Source: an uncultured Planctomycetales bacterium
GTDB lineage: Bacteria; Omnitrophota; Gorgyraeia; Gygaellales; Profunditerraquicolaceae
Assembly (NCBI GenBank): GCA_964467905.1
Contig: CAYXSY010000001.1
Location: 17,226 to 81,225 of the forward strand
DNA: 64,000 nucleotides
Direction: 5' to 3'
Part shown: positions 27,383-35,344 of the stretch, piece after piece
Numbering within the stretch: position 1 is the first letter of the stretch
Layout of the letters: every line of letters starts with the position of its first letter
The notes under the pieces: model-generated
What the model was told of the DNA's origin: nothing
What the model saw: the letters and a program-made list of their open reading frames with translations, nothing else
Databases searched by the model: none
Translations under genes and position numbers: made by a program

Positions 27383-28234
27383 TTAATCCTCTAGTCGTTC
27401 CCATATCTCATAAATTTCATCTTGAACCGGGGTGCATTTATATTCCATAATAGTTTTGCCTTCTATCACTGCTTCGACAACTGCCTTATCGAAACTAATT
27501 TTCCCAATTAAATAAATGTTGTTTTCTCTACAATATTTTGCAATTTTTTCTGACATCACAGTATTTAAATCGTACTTGTTTATTATGAGCCTTACAGGAA
27601 TGCTGAAATGTTTAACTACATCTATAACCCTTATCGCATCATGCAACCCGGATAATGTCGGCTCAGTTACTACGACAGCAAAATCTATGCCGGAAAGCGA
27701 TGCTATCACCGGGCACCCTATCCCGGGAGCACCATCAATAATCACCCAATCGCAATTATGTTTCTCTGCCAGTTCTTTTGCCTGTTTACGCACCAAAGAA
27801 ACTAATTTCCCCGAATTCTCTTCGGCAATTCCAAGCTTAGCATGCACCATCGGCCCAAAACGAGTCTCCGAAATAAACCATTCTCCCGCAATGTTTTCTT
27901 TCATAGTAATGGCTCCGACAGGGCAAATATAGCTGCAAAAAGCGCACCCCTCGCAAGAAATATGGTCAACTACAAAACTATCGCTAATGGCGTTAAATCT
28001 ACAAGCTGATATACACTTACCACATTGCTGGCATATCTTTTTATCGATGACAGCACTTAAGCCGCTTCTAAAATCATGCCGTTCTTTTATTTCGGGCTGT
28101 AACAACAAATGCAAATCCGCCGCATCAACATCGCAATCGGCCATAACCTTATTCTTGGCTAATGCCGCAAACGAGCCGCTAATTATGGTTTTGCCCGTAC
28201 CACCTTTTCCACTAATAATTGCTATTTGTTTCAT
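27383..28234 (-). CDS. MinD/ParA-superfamily P-loop ATPase with inserted 2x[4Fe-4S] ferredoxin domain (COG1149 type)
   Basis: 283-aa ORF with the deviant Walker A GKGGTGKT and the ferredoxin motifs CQQCGKCISAC and CEGCAFCSYICP. Confidence 0.8.
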   Translation of the reverse strand: MKQIAIISGKGGTGKTIISGSFAALAKNKVMADCDVDAADLHLLLQPEIKERHDFRSGLSAVIDKKICQQCGKCISACRFNAISDSFVVDHISCEGCAFCSYICPVGAITMKENIAGEWFISETRFGPMVHAKLGIAEENSGKLVSLVRKQAKELAEKHNCDWVIIDGAPGIGCPVIASLSGIDFAVVVTEPTLSGLHDAIRVIDVVKHFSIPVRLIINKYDLNTVMSEKIAKYCRENNIYLIGKISFDKAVVEAVIEGKTIMEYKCTPVQDEIYEIWERLED

Positions 28235-29138
28235 TGCTAAGACCGCGAATGTTCAAATACAAATTAATAAATTTATCCCGGTAAGAATTATCTTTTTGCA
28301 CTATGGGCAGCCCCTCGGAATAGTTAACTGCTATCTCTCTATCAAAAGGAATCCGCATCAAAACCGGAATTTCTTCTTTGCTACAATAATCTTCTACTTT
28401 TTTATCTCCAACATCGCAACGGTTGATAACTACGCCGAAAGGGACCTTGAGCCTTCTTAACACCTCAACAGCCAGGATGAGATCATTAAGCCCAAAAGGA
28501 GTCGGCTCTGTTACCAGCACGCAGAAATCGCTTCCTTTAACCGCTGTAATCACCGGACAAGATGTCCCAGGCGGAGCATCAATAATCACCGTCCTTGTCG
28601 GATTAATATACTCTTTTACCTGACGAATTAGTGGCGGTGACATTGCCTCCCCTACATTAAGACACCCCTGGGCAAACTGTATGCCGCCCTTGATGCCAAT
28701 TGCTACAACACCGATATCTTTTTTTACTTCTTTAATCGCTTGCTGGGGGCAAAGCATACTACAAGCACCGCAACCATGACAAAGATGCGGGAAGACTAAG
28801 ACGCTTCCTTTTTTATCGTTATTAGCTGGCAATACGGCAATGGCATTATAAGCACAAACTCCGCGGCACCTACCACAATAGATGCATTTTTTCTCATCTA
28901 CTTCCGGAACTAAAATATAAGATTTAGTCTCTTCTTTTATATGGGGTTTAAGAAAAATATGGGCATTTGGCTCTTCCACATCACAATCAAGAAACTGTAC
29001 CCCATTAGAGATACCGTTCTCTTTACTCGGCAAACTATATTCTCTAACGGAGCTAATATTTTCTAGAGATAAAGCCAAATTAACTGCAACCGTAGTTTTG
29101 CCCGTGCCGCCCTTACCGCTTGCTATTGCAATTATCAT
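28212..29138 (-). CDS. MinD/ParA-superfamily P-loop ATPase with inserted 2x[4Fe-4S] ferredoxin domain (paralog)
   Basis: 308-aa ORF with GKGGTGKTT, CIYCGRCRGVC and CHGCGACSMLCP. It overlaps the downstream paralog by 23 nt. Confidence 0.8.
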   Translation of the reverse strand: MIIAIASGKGGTGKTTVAVNLALSLENISSVREYSLPSKENGISNGVQFLDCDVEEPNAHIFLKPHIKEETKSYILVPEVDEKKCIYCGRCRGVCAYNAIAVLPANNDKKGSVLVFPHLCHGCGACSMLCPQQAIKEVKKDIGVVAIGIKGGIQFAQGCLNVGEAMSPPLIRQVKEYINPTRTVIIDAPPGTSCPVITAVKGSDFCVLVTEPTPFGLNDLILAVEVLRRLKVPFGVVINRCDVGDKKVEDYCSKEEIPVLMRIPFDREIAVNYSEGLPIVQKDNSYRDKFINLYLNIRGLSNETNSNY

Positions 29139-29767
29139 ATCGATTGATGAGAGGCTATTAAAACTTCCTGGAATTTGCTGGCTACTTTAATGGTTTTAAA
29201 TCCTTTATCTCTTAAATATTCCTCGGCGTCCGCTAGCGTCGTCTTGCCAACATCATGCTTACCGCCTTCGCTGGCATGGATCTTATCCATTAATACAAGC
29301 CCTTCGCGATTAAAATCGCTGAAAATAATTTTTCCTCCATAAGATAGCACACGGATAAGCTCATCGATTACTCTGTATGGACGAATTAAATGATGCAGCG
29401 TGTTAACAGAAAAAATAACATCAAAACTTTTATCTTTGAAGCTCAAAGACTCACCGTCCTCAATACAAAAATCAACCTGTTTGTCTAATCCAAAATAACG
29501 TAAATTAAGCTTTGCGAAATTTTGTTCGGTTTCAGAAATATCAAAAGTGGTAAATTTATATCCTGCCTTGGCCAACTCAAGAGCAAAATGCCCTTTGCCT
29601 GTACCAGCTTCGAGGATATTCCCGTAAAGGGGGAGCGATTTTTCTAAAATAAAAACCCGTTCCCTGTCTACATCATAACCAAGGCTGCTATATAAAGCTT
29701 TGCGCTCCAGATAACGCTTGTGGTTTTCTAATGCTTCTTTATCCTGTTTATTATCCATGGCTAGCAC
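29135..29767 (-). CDS. Class I SAM-dependent methyltransferase
   Basis: 210-aa ORF with the SAM motif I ILEAGTGKGHFALELA, and FDVIFSVNTLHH. Confidence 0.8.
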   Translation of the reverse strand: MLAMDNKQDKEALENHKRYLERKALYSSLGYDVDRERVFILEKSLPLYGNILEAGTGKGHFALELAKAGYKFTTFDISETEQNFAKLNLRYFGLDKQVDFCIEDGESLSFKDKSFDVIFSVNTLHHLIRPYRVIDELIRVLSYGGKIIFSDFNREGLVLMDKIHASEGGKHDVGKTTLADAEEYLRDKGFKTIKVASKFQEVLIASHQSI

Positions 29768-30025
29768 CTAATCATGTTCTTCAAACATCTTATTCTGCGT
29801 TGGATCATTTTTTCTAATCCACTCCATAAGCATCGCCGCATGCTCTTTCTCTTCATTCATGTTATGCGCAAGAAGCTTCTTCAATGACTCATCGCTAGTA
29901 GCGTCTATTCTCTCTTGATAGAAATCGATTGCCTCAAGTTCTTCACGCATAGATTTGCGCGCTCTTTCTAAATCAACGTGTTTAGGGTCCATCTTCTCTA
30001 AAGACTCAAAAAATGGCATAGACAT
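29768..30025 (-). CDS. EncFtn-like (encapsulated-ferritin family) minimal ferritin lacking a targeting peptide
   Basis: 85-aa ORF. REELEAIDFYQERIDATSDESLKKLLAHNMNEEKEHAAMLMEWIRKND aligns closely with my recollection of Rhodospirillum rubrum EncFtn (EELEAVDWYDQRVDASTD..LAHNRDEEKEHAAMTLEWLRRND), including the ExxH iron site. Confidence 0.7.
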   Translation of the reverse strand: MSMPFFESLEKMDPKHVDLERARKSMREELEAIDFYQERIDATSDESLKKLLAHNMNEEKEHAAMLMEWIRKNDPTQNKMFEEHD

Positions 30026-30033
30026 CTCCTCTC

Positions 30034-30411
30034 TTAGTTGTTTTTACCGGGCATGCCGAACTTAGAACCCACACTAGGGCTATCAGTCGTTTTATATTGG
30101 TTGTTTTTATAACCGTCTATTGCTTCCTTTATTGTTCCGGAGACGCCGGTAAATACCTCTATTCCAGCTAACGATAAAACCTGATGTGCATTTGGCCCGA
30201 CATTTCCGGTAAGAACTGCCCTGGCGCCCTTGGCAGCTACCAATTGTCCGGATTGGATACCTGCTCCTCCCTGAAACTGCGCATTTGGGTTATCTTCTGC
30301 TTCGAATACCCCTGTATCAGTATCAAAGAAAATGAAATTCCGAGCTCGGCCAAAACGCTGGTCCACTTTAGAGTCCAGAGTTTTGCCTTCGGATGTAATA
30401 CATATCTTCAT
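30034..30411 (-). CDS. NifB/NifX-family (dinitrogenase FeMo-cofactor binding domain-like) protein
   Basis: 125-aa ORF. MKICITSEG..LDSKVDQRFGRA..FIFFD and GAGIQSGQLVAAKGARAVLTGNVGPNA are typical of the stand-alone NifX/NifB-C family. Confidence 0.75.
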   Translation of the reverse strand: MKICITSEGKTLDSKVDQRFGRARNFIFFDTDTGVFEAEDNPNAQFQGGAGIQSGQLVAAKGARAVLTGNVGPNAHQVLSLAGIEVFTGVSGTIKEAIDGYKNNQYKTTDSPSVGSKFGMPGKNN

Positions 30412-30426
30412 TCCTACCCCTTCCTT

Positions 30427-30801
30427 TTAATGACAACCACCATAGCCGTGGTCTTTACAAGCATCGAGCCCGCCTAAGGTGTTATTCATAAAATCATCGA
30501 GCGCCTTTTGCACGTTGCCGGAATAACCAAACACCTGAACCCCTGCCTGTGCAAATTTCTGCTGTGCCCCCATACCCATACCACCGGCAATAACATGGGT
30601 TATGTTATATTTTAATATCTCATCAACCGCAACGCATCCCCCCATACCATGCACTGCCGTATTAGGTACGATTTTTATGCTCGTAATTTTATTTTTATCC
30701 TTATCGATGTCTGCCAATAGGAAGAACTTACATTGGCCAAAATGCGCACAGACATCACCGTTTAAACCGCTTTCGTTTTCTAAGACTACTCCTACTTTCA
30801 T
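30427..30801 (-). CDS. NifB/NifX-family protein (second paralog)
   Basis: 124-aa ORF with HFGQCKFFLLADID and ITHVIAGGMGMGAQQKFAQAGVQVF, showing the same fold signature. Confidence 0.7.
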   Translation of the reverse strand: MKVGVVLENESGLNGDVCAHFGQCKFFLLADIDKDKNKITSIKIVPNTAVHGMGGCVAVDEILKYNITHVIAGGMGMGAQQKFAQAGVQVFGYSGNVQKALDDFMNNTLGGLDACKDHGYGGCH

Positions 30802-30819
30802 ACGGAATACTCCCCTTTC

Positions 30820-31146
30820 TTATTTAGACTCTAACTCTTTAACCCTCGACCTTAGCGCATCAAGTTCATTATTAAGACACTCTTCCTGGACCTTGAGCGC
30901 AGACAATTCGTCCTCTTTAGATAAAGTACGGCTAAACGCTCCAAATGAACGTATGCTACTCTGGGATCTCATCCAACCAGGCAACCCAGTAGCGTAAAAA
31001 CAATTCCGCCTTACTCTACCTCTTCCTCGATAACCACCTCTCCCAAACTGCTCACCCACTGCTCCAACGGGCATAGCACAATAACCTCTCCCGCCACCCG
31101 TCATCGATCCTTGCCCTCTTGGACCTGTACCGTCAAAACCTGGCAT
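30820..31146 (-). CDS. DUF5320-family protein
   Basis: MPGFDGTGPRGQGSMTGGGRGYC... is Gly/Arg-rich with a C-terminal coiled coil (EDELSALKVQEECLNNELDALRSRVKELE). The track starts at GTG 31155. ATG 31146 is preferred because GGAGAG lies 8 nt upstream. Confidence 0.7.
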   Translation of the reverse strand: MPGFDGTGPRGQGSMTGGGRGYCAMPVGAVGEQFGRGGYRGRGRVRRNCFYATGLPGWMRSQSSIRSFGAFSRTLSKEDELSALKVQEECLNNELDALRSRVKELESK

Positions 31147-31169
31147 AGCTACCACTCTCCTTCCTTATT

Positions 31170-31188
31170 GAAAATCATTTTCATTATT
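31170..31188 (-). promoter_or_regulatory. Fur box upstream of the DUF5320 operon
   Basis: The minus strand reads AATAATGAAAATGATTTTC, 15 of 19 matches by hand to the consensus GATAATGATAATCATTATC. It lies 24 nt upstream of ATG 31146. Confidence 0.55.
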
Positions 31189-31207
31189 AAACAAAAAAAT
31201 ATAGCGC

Positions 31208-31681
31208 TTATTTATTGCTACTGCATTCTTGACATAAACCATAAAATTGCAAAAGATGGTTGGTAATCTTAAATTTATATTTCTGCTCCAACCCCTTTTC
31301 GGTCTGGTTAAGCAATTCAACCTCATCATCGATAAAGTCCGTATAATCAATTATTTTATTACATTGGGTACAGACTAAATGATGGTGATGATGTGCGCCC
31401 TTGGGTCCTTCAGCAAGCTCATAACGGGCTCTTCCATCTCCAAAATCAAGCTTATAGACCATACCTAAATCCGATAGGACATCAAGTGTTCTATAGACGG
31501 TAGTTAACCCTACGCTGGGATACTTTGAGTGAATTTTCATATATATATCTTCGGCGCTTAAATGGCCTTCTGATCTAGATAAAATATCTAGGATGGCCTC
31601 GCGTCCTAATGTAAGCCTATAGCCGCACCCCTGGAACTTGCCGTGCCACCACCTTTGTCCATGACAATTACCTCTCGGCAT
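31208..31681 (-). CDS. fur: Fur-family metalloregulator
   Basis: 157-aa ORF with a winged helix (HLSAEDIYMKI....VGLTTVYRTLDVLSDLGMV), a His cluster HHHHHLVC, and CxxC pairs (CTQC, CQEC). Confidence 0.85.
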   Translation of the reverse strand: MPRGNCHGQRWWHGKFQGCGYRLTLGREAILDILSRSEGHLSAEDIYMKIHSKYPSVGLTTVYRTLDVLSDLGMVYKLDFGDGRARYELAEGPKGAHHHHHLVCTQCNKIIDYTDFIDDEVELLNQTEKGLEQKYKFKITNHLLQFYGLCQECSSNK

Positions 31682-31709
31682 TGCTATCTCCTGGATTACA
31701 GATTAATAT

Positions 31710-31728
31710 CTTAATGATAATGGTTTCC
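31710..31728. promoter_or_regulatory. Fur-box-like site upstream of fur
   Basis: The plus strand reads cTTAATGATAATGGTTTCC, 12 of 19 matches to the Fur consensus with a perfect TAATGATAAT half. It overlaps the palindrome AATGG-TTT-CCATT and lies 29 nt upstream of the fur start. Confidence 0.4.
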
Positions 31729-31831
31729 ATTAACAATTATATACTACGTAGGTTGGCCTGTCAAGATTTTATTTTAGGTAGGATAAACTTTATCGAGAAA
31801 AGTGCGCGGGGAATCCCTCCATAAAGTTTTA

Positions 31832-31914
31832 TGCGCGGGGAGGGAGTTGAACCCTCACAACCTTGCGGTCAATAGCCCCTCAAACTATCGCGTCTGCCAT
31901 TCCGCCACCCGCGC
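31832..31914 (-). tRNA. tRNA-Leu (anticodon GAG)
   Basis: Hand-folded cloverleaf: acceptor GCGCGGG/CCCGCGC, anticodon arm ATAGT-TTGAGGG-GCTAT, long variable arm, T arm GAGGG-TTCAACT-CCCTC. No encoded CCA. Confidence 0.85.
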
Positions 31915-31925
31915 GTTAATGCCAA

Positions 31926-31954
31926 ATTATATATCTACAATTTTATTGCTGCAA
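31926..31954 (-). promoter_or_regulatory. Sigma70-like promoter TTGCAG-17-TATAAT for tRNA-Leu(GAG)
   Basis: The minus strand reads ttgcag caataaaattgtagata tataat ttggcattaac, followed by the tRNA 5' end. Confidence 0.45.
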
Positions 31955-31965
31955 TAGAAAAGAAC

Positions 31966-32499
31966 TTACTTTATTTTATTACACCTCAAACCGTCTATTT
32001 TGCTCTGTACATACCAGGAAAAATATCCTTGATAGCGTCTTTGTAAACTTGGGATCTTCCAGTCATTGGTGGTTATTTTTCCTCTGCAGCCGCTGGAATT
32101 ACAAGCGCACCTAAAAGAATAATTGAAATCTGCGTCAGTCATCGCATAGTCATAGGTAATCTCTTCGCCTTTTTTAATGTCGCGCATAGCCACCATTAAA
32201 ATCTGCCCCTTTATGCCGGCGTTAGGATTACAGCTATGGTTAAAGAAATCATCGTCTTCTAAACCGCCTTTTTTACAGGAAACCATATAAAAACCCTCGG
32301 CGATTTTAGTTGCATAATCATCTATATTCTTAAAACCTCTCTTGGAAAGCTTATTAAACTCTTTATCCGTAATAATAAAGCCGCCCCAAACCGCGATAAT
32401 TTCATCTTTCTTTAACGCCGCGACAGCAAAGACTCCTCTTCTATTAATCCCCGAAGAGCGCACCTTAACTTTTTTAGTCAAATACGAATGCTTAATCAC
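31966..32499 (-). CDS. SET-domain protein (putative lysine/amine methyltransferase)
   Basis: 177-aa ORF with NHSCNPNA, EEITYDY and the post-SET Cys cluster CACNSSGCRG. Confidence 0.8.
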   Translation of the reverse strand: MIKHSYLTKKVKVRSSGINRRGVFAVAALKKDEIIAVWGGFIITDKEFNKLSKRGFKNIDDYATKIAEGFYMVSCKKGGLEDDDFFNHSCNPNAGIKGQILMVAMRDIKKGEEITYDYAMTDADFNYSFRCACNSSGCRGKITTNDWKIPSLQRRYQGYFSWYVQSKIDGLRCNKIK

Positions 32500-33502
32500 A
32501 GCTAATCTTTATCCCTTTCTTTCTAGTGTCTCTTAATAATCTATCAAATATAGCATCGTCTTTGGCTAATTCATCCAAGAATAAAAGCCCTTTTTGCCTT
32601 ATTGTTCCATCCATCACCAATCCGCCAACTGCCGCAGGGAAAGACGCGGTTATTTTCTGCATAGAATTTAATTCTTCGTCTTTCCTCGAATAACTTTTGA
32701 TTAACCAACGCTCTTTTTGGATTTTACCTATAATATCTACCCTGGCAAAAGTAATGTTAGTCTCTTTTCTTGATTCCAAAATAGTCTTTGTCATCATGAG
32801 ATTTTCTTTCTTCAAGAATCCCGCCTCTTGAATAAAGCCGAAGAAATCTCTAAAGCCCAACGGCCTAACGACGCGTACGATCAAATTATTCAGTTTCTTC
32901 TTATCCAATATGTTTTCAAAGCCGCTGGCGCAATAATAGCTTTCCGCATCTATGCCAAAATCTTTCTCTCTGCGATAACCGTCAAATACAGGGAATTTAT
33001 TTTTCTTGCCCGATACCACCTGCCATGAAGCTATCGTATGCTCAACGACAATATCCTCAAAACACCAAAGAAACGGATAAAAAAACTTCTTAGGAGATAA
33101 CGAACCTGCCTTAACTTCAATATCACAAATAGCTGAAAATTTATTAATCGCCCTGCCCAAAATAAAGTTCACCAGCCCCGGGCTAAAACCACACCCTGGG
33201 ATAACCAAGATTCCGCTTTTATTAATTTCTTTTTGTTTTTTTAAATATTCTGGGGGGTCAATATCGGAAATATCGATGAGGTTCTTTTTGTATTTTAATG
33301 CTAAGGCCAGACATTTTTTCCCGATTTCACCGGCAAGCGCACCTATAATAAGATCGCAATCGCGCGCCTGGCTGTCTTTTTGCAGGAAAGAAACCTCTTT
33401 TACAAAGCGATACTGTTTAAAATAATGCTTTACCGCGCGGGCTATGCGTCCGCAGCCGACAATCAGCACTTTATATTTTTTATTCATTTCTTCAGCTGCC
33501 AC
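32492..33502 (-). CDS. Saccharopine dehydrogenase-like NAD(P)-binding protein
   Basis: 336-aa ORF with the Rossmann motif VLIVGCGRIA and PGCGFSPGLVN, typical of the saccharopine/carboxynorspermidine dehydrogenase family. It overlaps speE by 19 nt. Confidence 0.6.
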   Translation of the reverse strand: MAAEEMNKKYKVLIVGCGRIARAVKHYFKQYRFVKEVSFLQKDSQARDCDLIIGALAGEIGKKCLALALKYKKNLIDISDIDPPEYLKKQKEINKSGILVIPGCGFSPGLVNFILGRAINKFSAICDIEVKAGSLSPKKFFYPFLWCFEDIVVEHTIASWQVVSGKKNKFPVFDGYRREKDFGIDAESYYCASGFENILDKKKLNNLIVRVVRPLGFRDFFGFIQEAGFLKKENLMMTKTILESRKETNITFARVDIIGKIQKERWLIKSYSRKDEELNSMQKITASFPAAVGGLVMDGTIRQKGLLFLDELAKDDAIFDRLLRDTRKKGIKISCD

Positions 33503-34374
33503 ATCTTGGGCATGACCATACTTGCCAGATGCATCTGGGGGGTATAATACTTAAGCATAGAGGCTTTATTCTTAAGCCGCGATTTTAATCTTTTGCTTAT
33601 CTGGCTTAATGCCACATTGGAAGGATCTGTTTTCTTAGAAGCGATTATAAAACAATACTCGCATCCGCAGCTATATGAAGGCATGGCAAGCCGCAGGGGC
33701 TTAACATGTTTGAATAGTTTGCCTAAGTTCGCGGCTATCCCCCTGATAATCAAATCAAAATCAAGAAACGGACCTATTTGGAAAACCGCTATCCCATCAT
33801 TTTTAAGGGCACGGTAGACAAGCCTATAGAAATCAAGCTTAAAAAGAACCTTCCCTGGCCCGACAGGATCGGTTGAATCAACGATAATCACATCATAATA
33901 GTTCTTCTTGGCCTGAATAAATTTCCTGCCGTCTTCAAAGAAAATTTTAACCCGCGGATTATCAAATGCGCCTTTAGATATAAAAGGAAGGTGTTTCTTG
34001 CTTAAGCGGACAACTTCTTTATCTATCTCGACAAAATGAATCTCTTCTAAAGGATATTTAAGTAACTCTCTTAAAACCCCGCCGTCACCTCCGCCTACAA
34101 CCAAAACCTTTTTAGGATTGCTATGTGAAATAAGCGCGGGATGCACAATCATCTCGTGATAAACAAATTCATCACTTTGGGAAAGCTGTATTATGCCGTC
34201 TAAGGCCAACATTTTTCCGAAGCCGGGGCTTTCAAAGACAAAAATATTCTGGAACTTACTTCTACCCTTAAATATCTCTTTATTTATTAAGAAACTGTCC
34301 CTTTTGCATCTTCTGACTCCGGGGAAAGATGTTTCTAAGAACCACTTTTTTCCTTTAATAAAATCGCTAGCCAC
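33484..34374 (-). CDS. speE: Spermidine synthase / polyamine aminopropyltransferase
   Basis: 296-aa ORF with QNIFVFES..GK.L.LDG, VLVVGGGDGGVLRE, VEID and IIVDSTDPVGP motifs. Confidence 0.88.
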   Translation of the reverse strand: MASDFIKGKKWFLETSFPGVRRCKRDSFLINKEIFKGRSKFQNIFVFESPGFGKMLALDGIIQLSQSDEFVYHEMIVHPALISHSNPKKVLVVGGGDGGVLRELLKYPLEEIHFVEIDKEVVRLSKKHLPFISKGAFDNPRVKIFFEDGRKFIQAKKNYYDVIIVDSTDPVGPGKVLFKLDFYRLVYRALKNDGIAVFQIGPFLDFDLIIRGIAANLGKLFKHVKPLRLAMPSYSCGCEYCFIIASKKTDPSNVALSQISKRLKSRLKNKASMLKYYTPQMHLASMVMPKMWQLKK

Positions 34375-34377
34375 TTT

Positions 34378-34752
34378 TTAACTGCCTCCTCTTTCAATAA
34401 ACTGCACTTTTACCTTTTTCGGGGAAAATGCTTTTTTAAGATATTTTAGTGCGTTATAAGGCTGGGTTTTTTTGCCGCAGGTAAAGATATCTACCGCGAT
34501 ATAATTATGTTCCGGCCAGGTATGTATAGCAATGTGGGATTCCGCTAATATAACCACTCCTGTAACACCCTGTACTGGGAATTTATAGACTGATGCCCTT
34601 AGCGGCGTATTATTAGCTGCCAAAGCAGCATCCCAGAGAATCCGTTTTATCCATTTCGGATCCTCAATAAACTTAGGCGCCCTAAAATCAGCTATTAGAT
34701 GTACAGACAAAGGATTTTGTTCCTTTTTCTTGTTCTTCTTCATATCTTTCAT
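34378..34752 (-). CDS. speH: S-adenosylmethionine decarboxylase proenzyme (small SpeH type)
   Basis: 124-aa ORF with the self-processing motif LAESHIAIHTWPE and DIFTCG. Confidence 0.85.
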   Translation of the reverse strand: MKDMKKNKKKEQNPLSVHLIADFRAPKFIEDPKWIKRILWDAALAANNTPLRASVYKFPVQGVTGVVILAESHIAIHTWPEHNYIAVDIFTCGKKTQPYNALKYLKKAFSPKKVKVQFIERGGS

Positions 34753-34819
34753 CTTAACACCTCAGCTTTCAAGCTTGTTTTTCCACCCCCCTTGGGAAAT
34801 ATAACTTTTGTTAGAATTT

Positions 34820-34863
34820 ATTCCTTAAAGGAATAATATACACGATATGAAACAAAATTGCAA
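34820..34863 (-). promoter_or_regulatory. Promoter TTGCAA-17-TATATT followed directly by the perfect palindrome ATTCCTT-A-AAGGAAT (candidate operator) for the speH operon
   Basis: The minus strand reads ttgcaa ttttgtttcatatcgtg tatatt attcctttaaggaat. The palindrome (34820..34834) abuts the -10 and so covers the expected transcription start. Confidence 0.45.
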
Positions 34864-34899
34864 CTATATATCTTATTTTTTTATTTTAACTAAACTTAG

Positions 34900-34970
34900 C
34901 TGCCCCGTGTGGACTCGAACCACAACACCCAGATCCAGAGTCTGGTGTCCTACCATTAGACGACAGGGCA
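34900..34970 (-). tRNA. tRNA-Gln (anticodon CUG)
   Basis: Hand-folded: acceptor TGCCCTG/CGGGGCA, D arm GTCT-AATGGTA-GGAC, anticodon arm CCAGA-CTCTGGA-TCTGG, T arm GTGG-TTCGAGT-CCAC. Confidence 0.85.
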
Positions 34971-34986
34971 AAAGTATTTTACCAAA

Positions 34987-35328
34987 TCACATTAATCCTG
35001 AATGCACTTTCCTGTGACAATTAGCGCATAAAATGGCGCACTTAGCGATCTCCCTCTTTATCCTTTCTATCCCCCATCCCCAGTTCTTTGCTAAAGCAAT
35101 ATTAAAATCTTTTTTGTGTTGTATGCGATGGTGAAAATCTAAACAGGCAGGAACTTTTTCTCCACATTTCTCACAGGAAAGGCTTGATTTATATTCCTCA
35201 AACCATTTGGCAATCTTTCTCTTCCGCTTATAAATTCGCTCCATCTCTCTTTCTTTATTCTGCGAGTAGAACTTTTTATTCCATCTTCTTTTATATTCTA
35301 ATTGTTTTCTTCTATCAGCGTATGGCAT
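34987..35328 (-). CDS. Small free-standing HNH endonuclease
   Basis: 113-aa basic ORF with C..CG.....LDFHH...........CANCH..H, an HNH/His-Me finger with two CxxC-type pairs. It sits between tRNA-Gln and a tRNA-Gln-like fragment. Confidence 0.75.
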   Translation of the reverse strand: MPYADRRKQLEYKRRWNKKFYSQNKEREMERIYKRKRKIAKWFEEYKSSLSCEKCGEKVPACLDFHHRIQHKKDFNIALAKNWGWGIERIKREIAKCAILCANCHRKVHSGLM

Positions 35329-35344
35329 ATGTAGATCTGAATAA

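Noticed and set aside
31165-31350. 61-aa minus-strand ORF overlapping the 3' end of fur and the Fur box.
   Set aside because: It is out of frame with fur, has no SD, and its product has no features. The region is better explained as the fur 3' end plus the promoter and operator of the downstream operon.
25767-31681. An encapsulin nanocompartment operon, suggested by the EncFtn-like gene.
   Set aside because: None of the flanking ORFs has the size (~260-300 aa or more) or any sequence feature of an HK97-fold encapsulin shell. The ferritin also lacks a C-terminal targeting extension.
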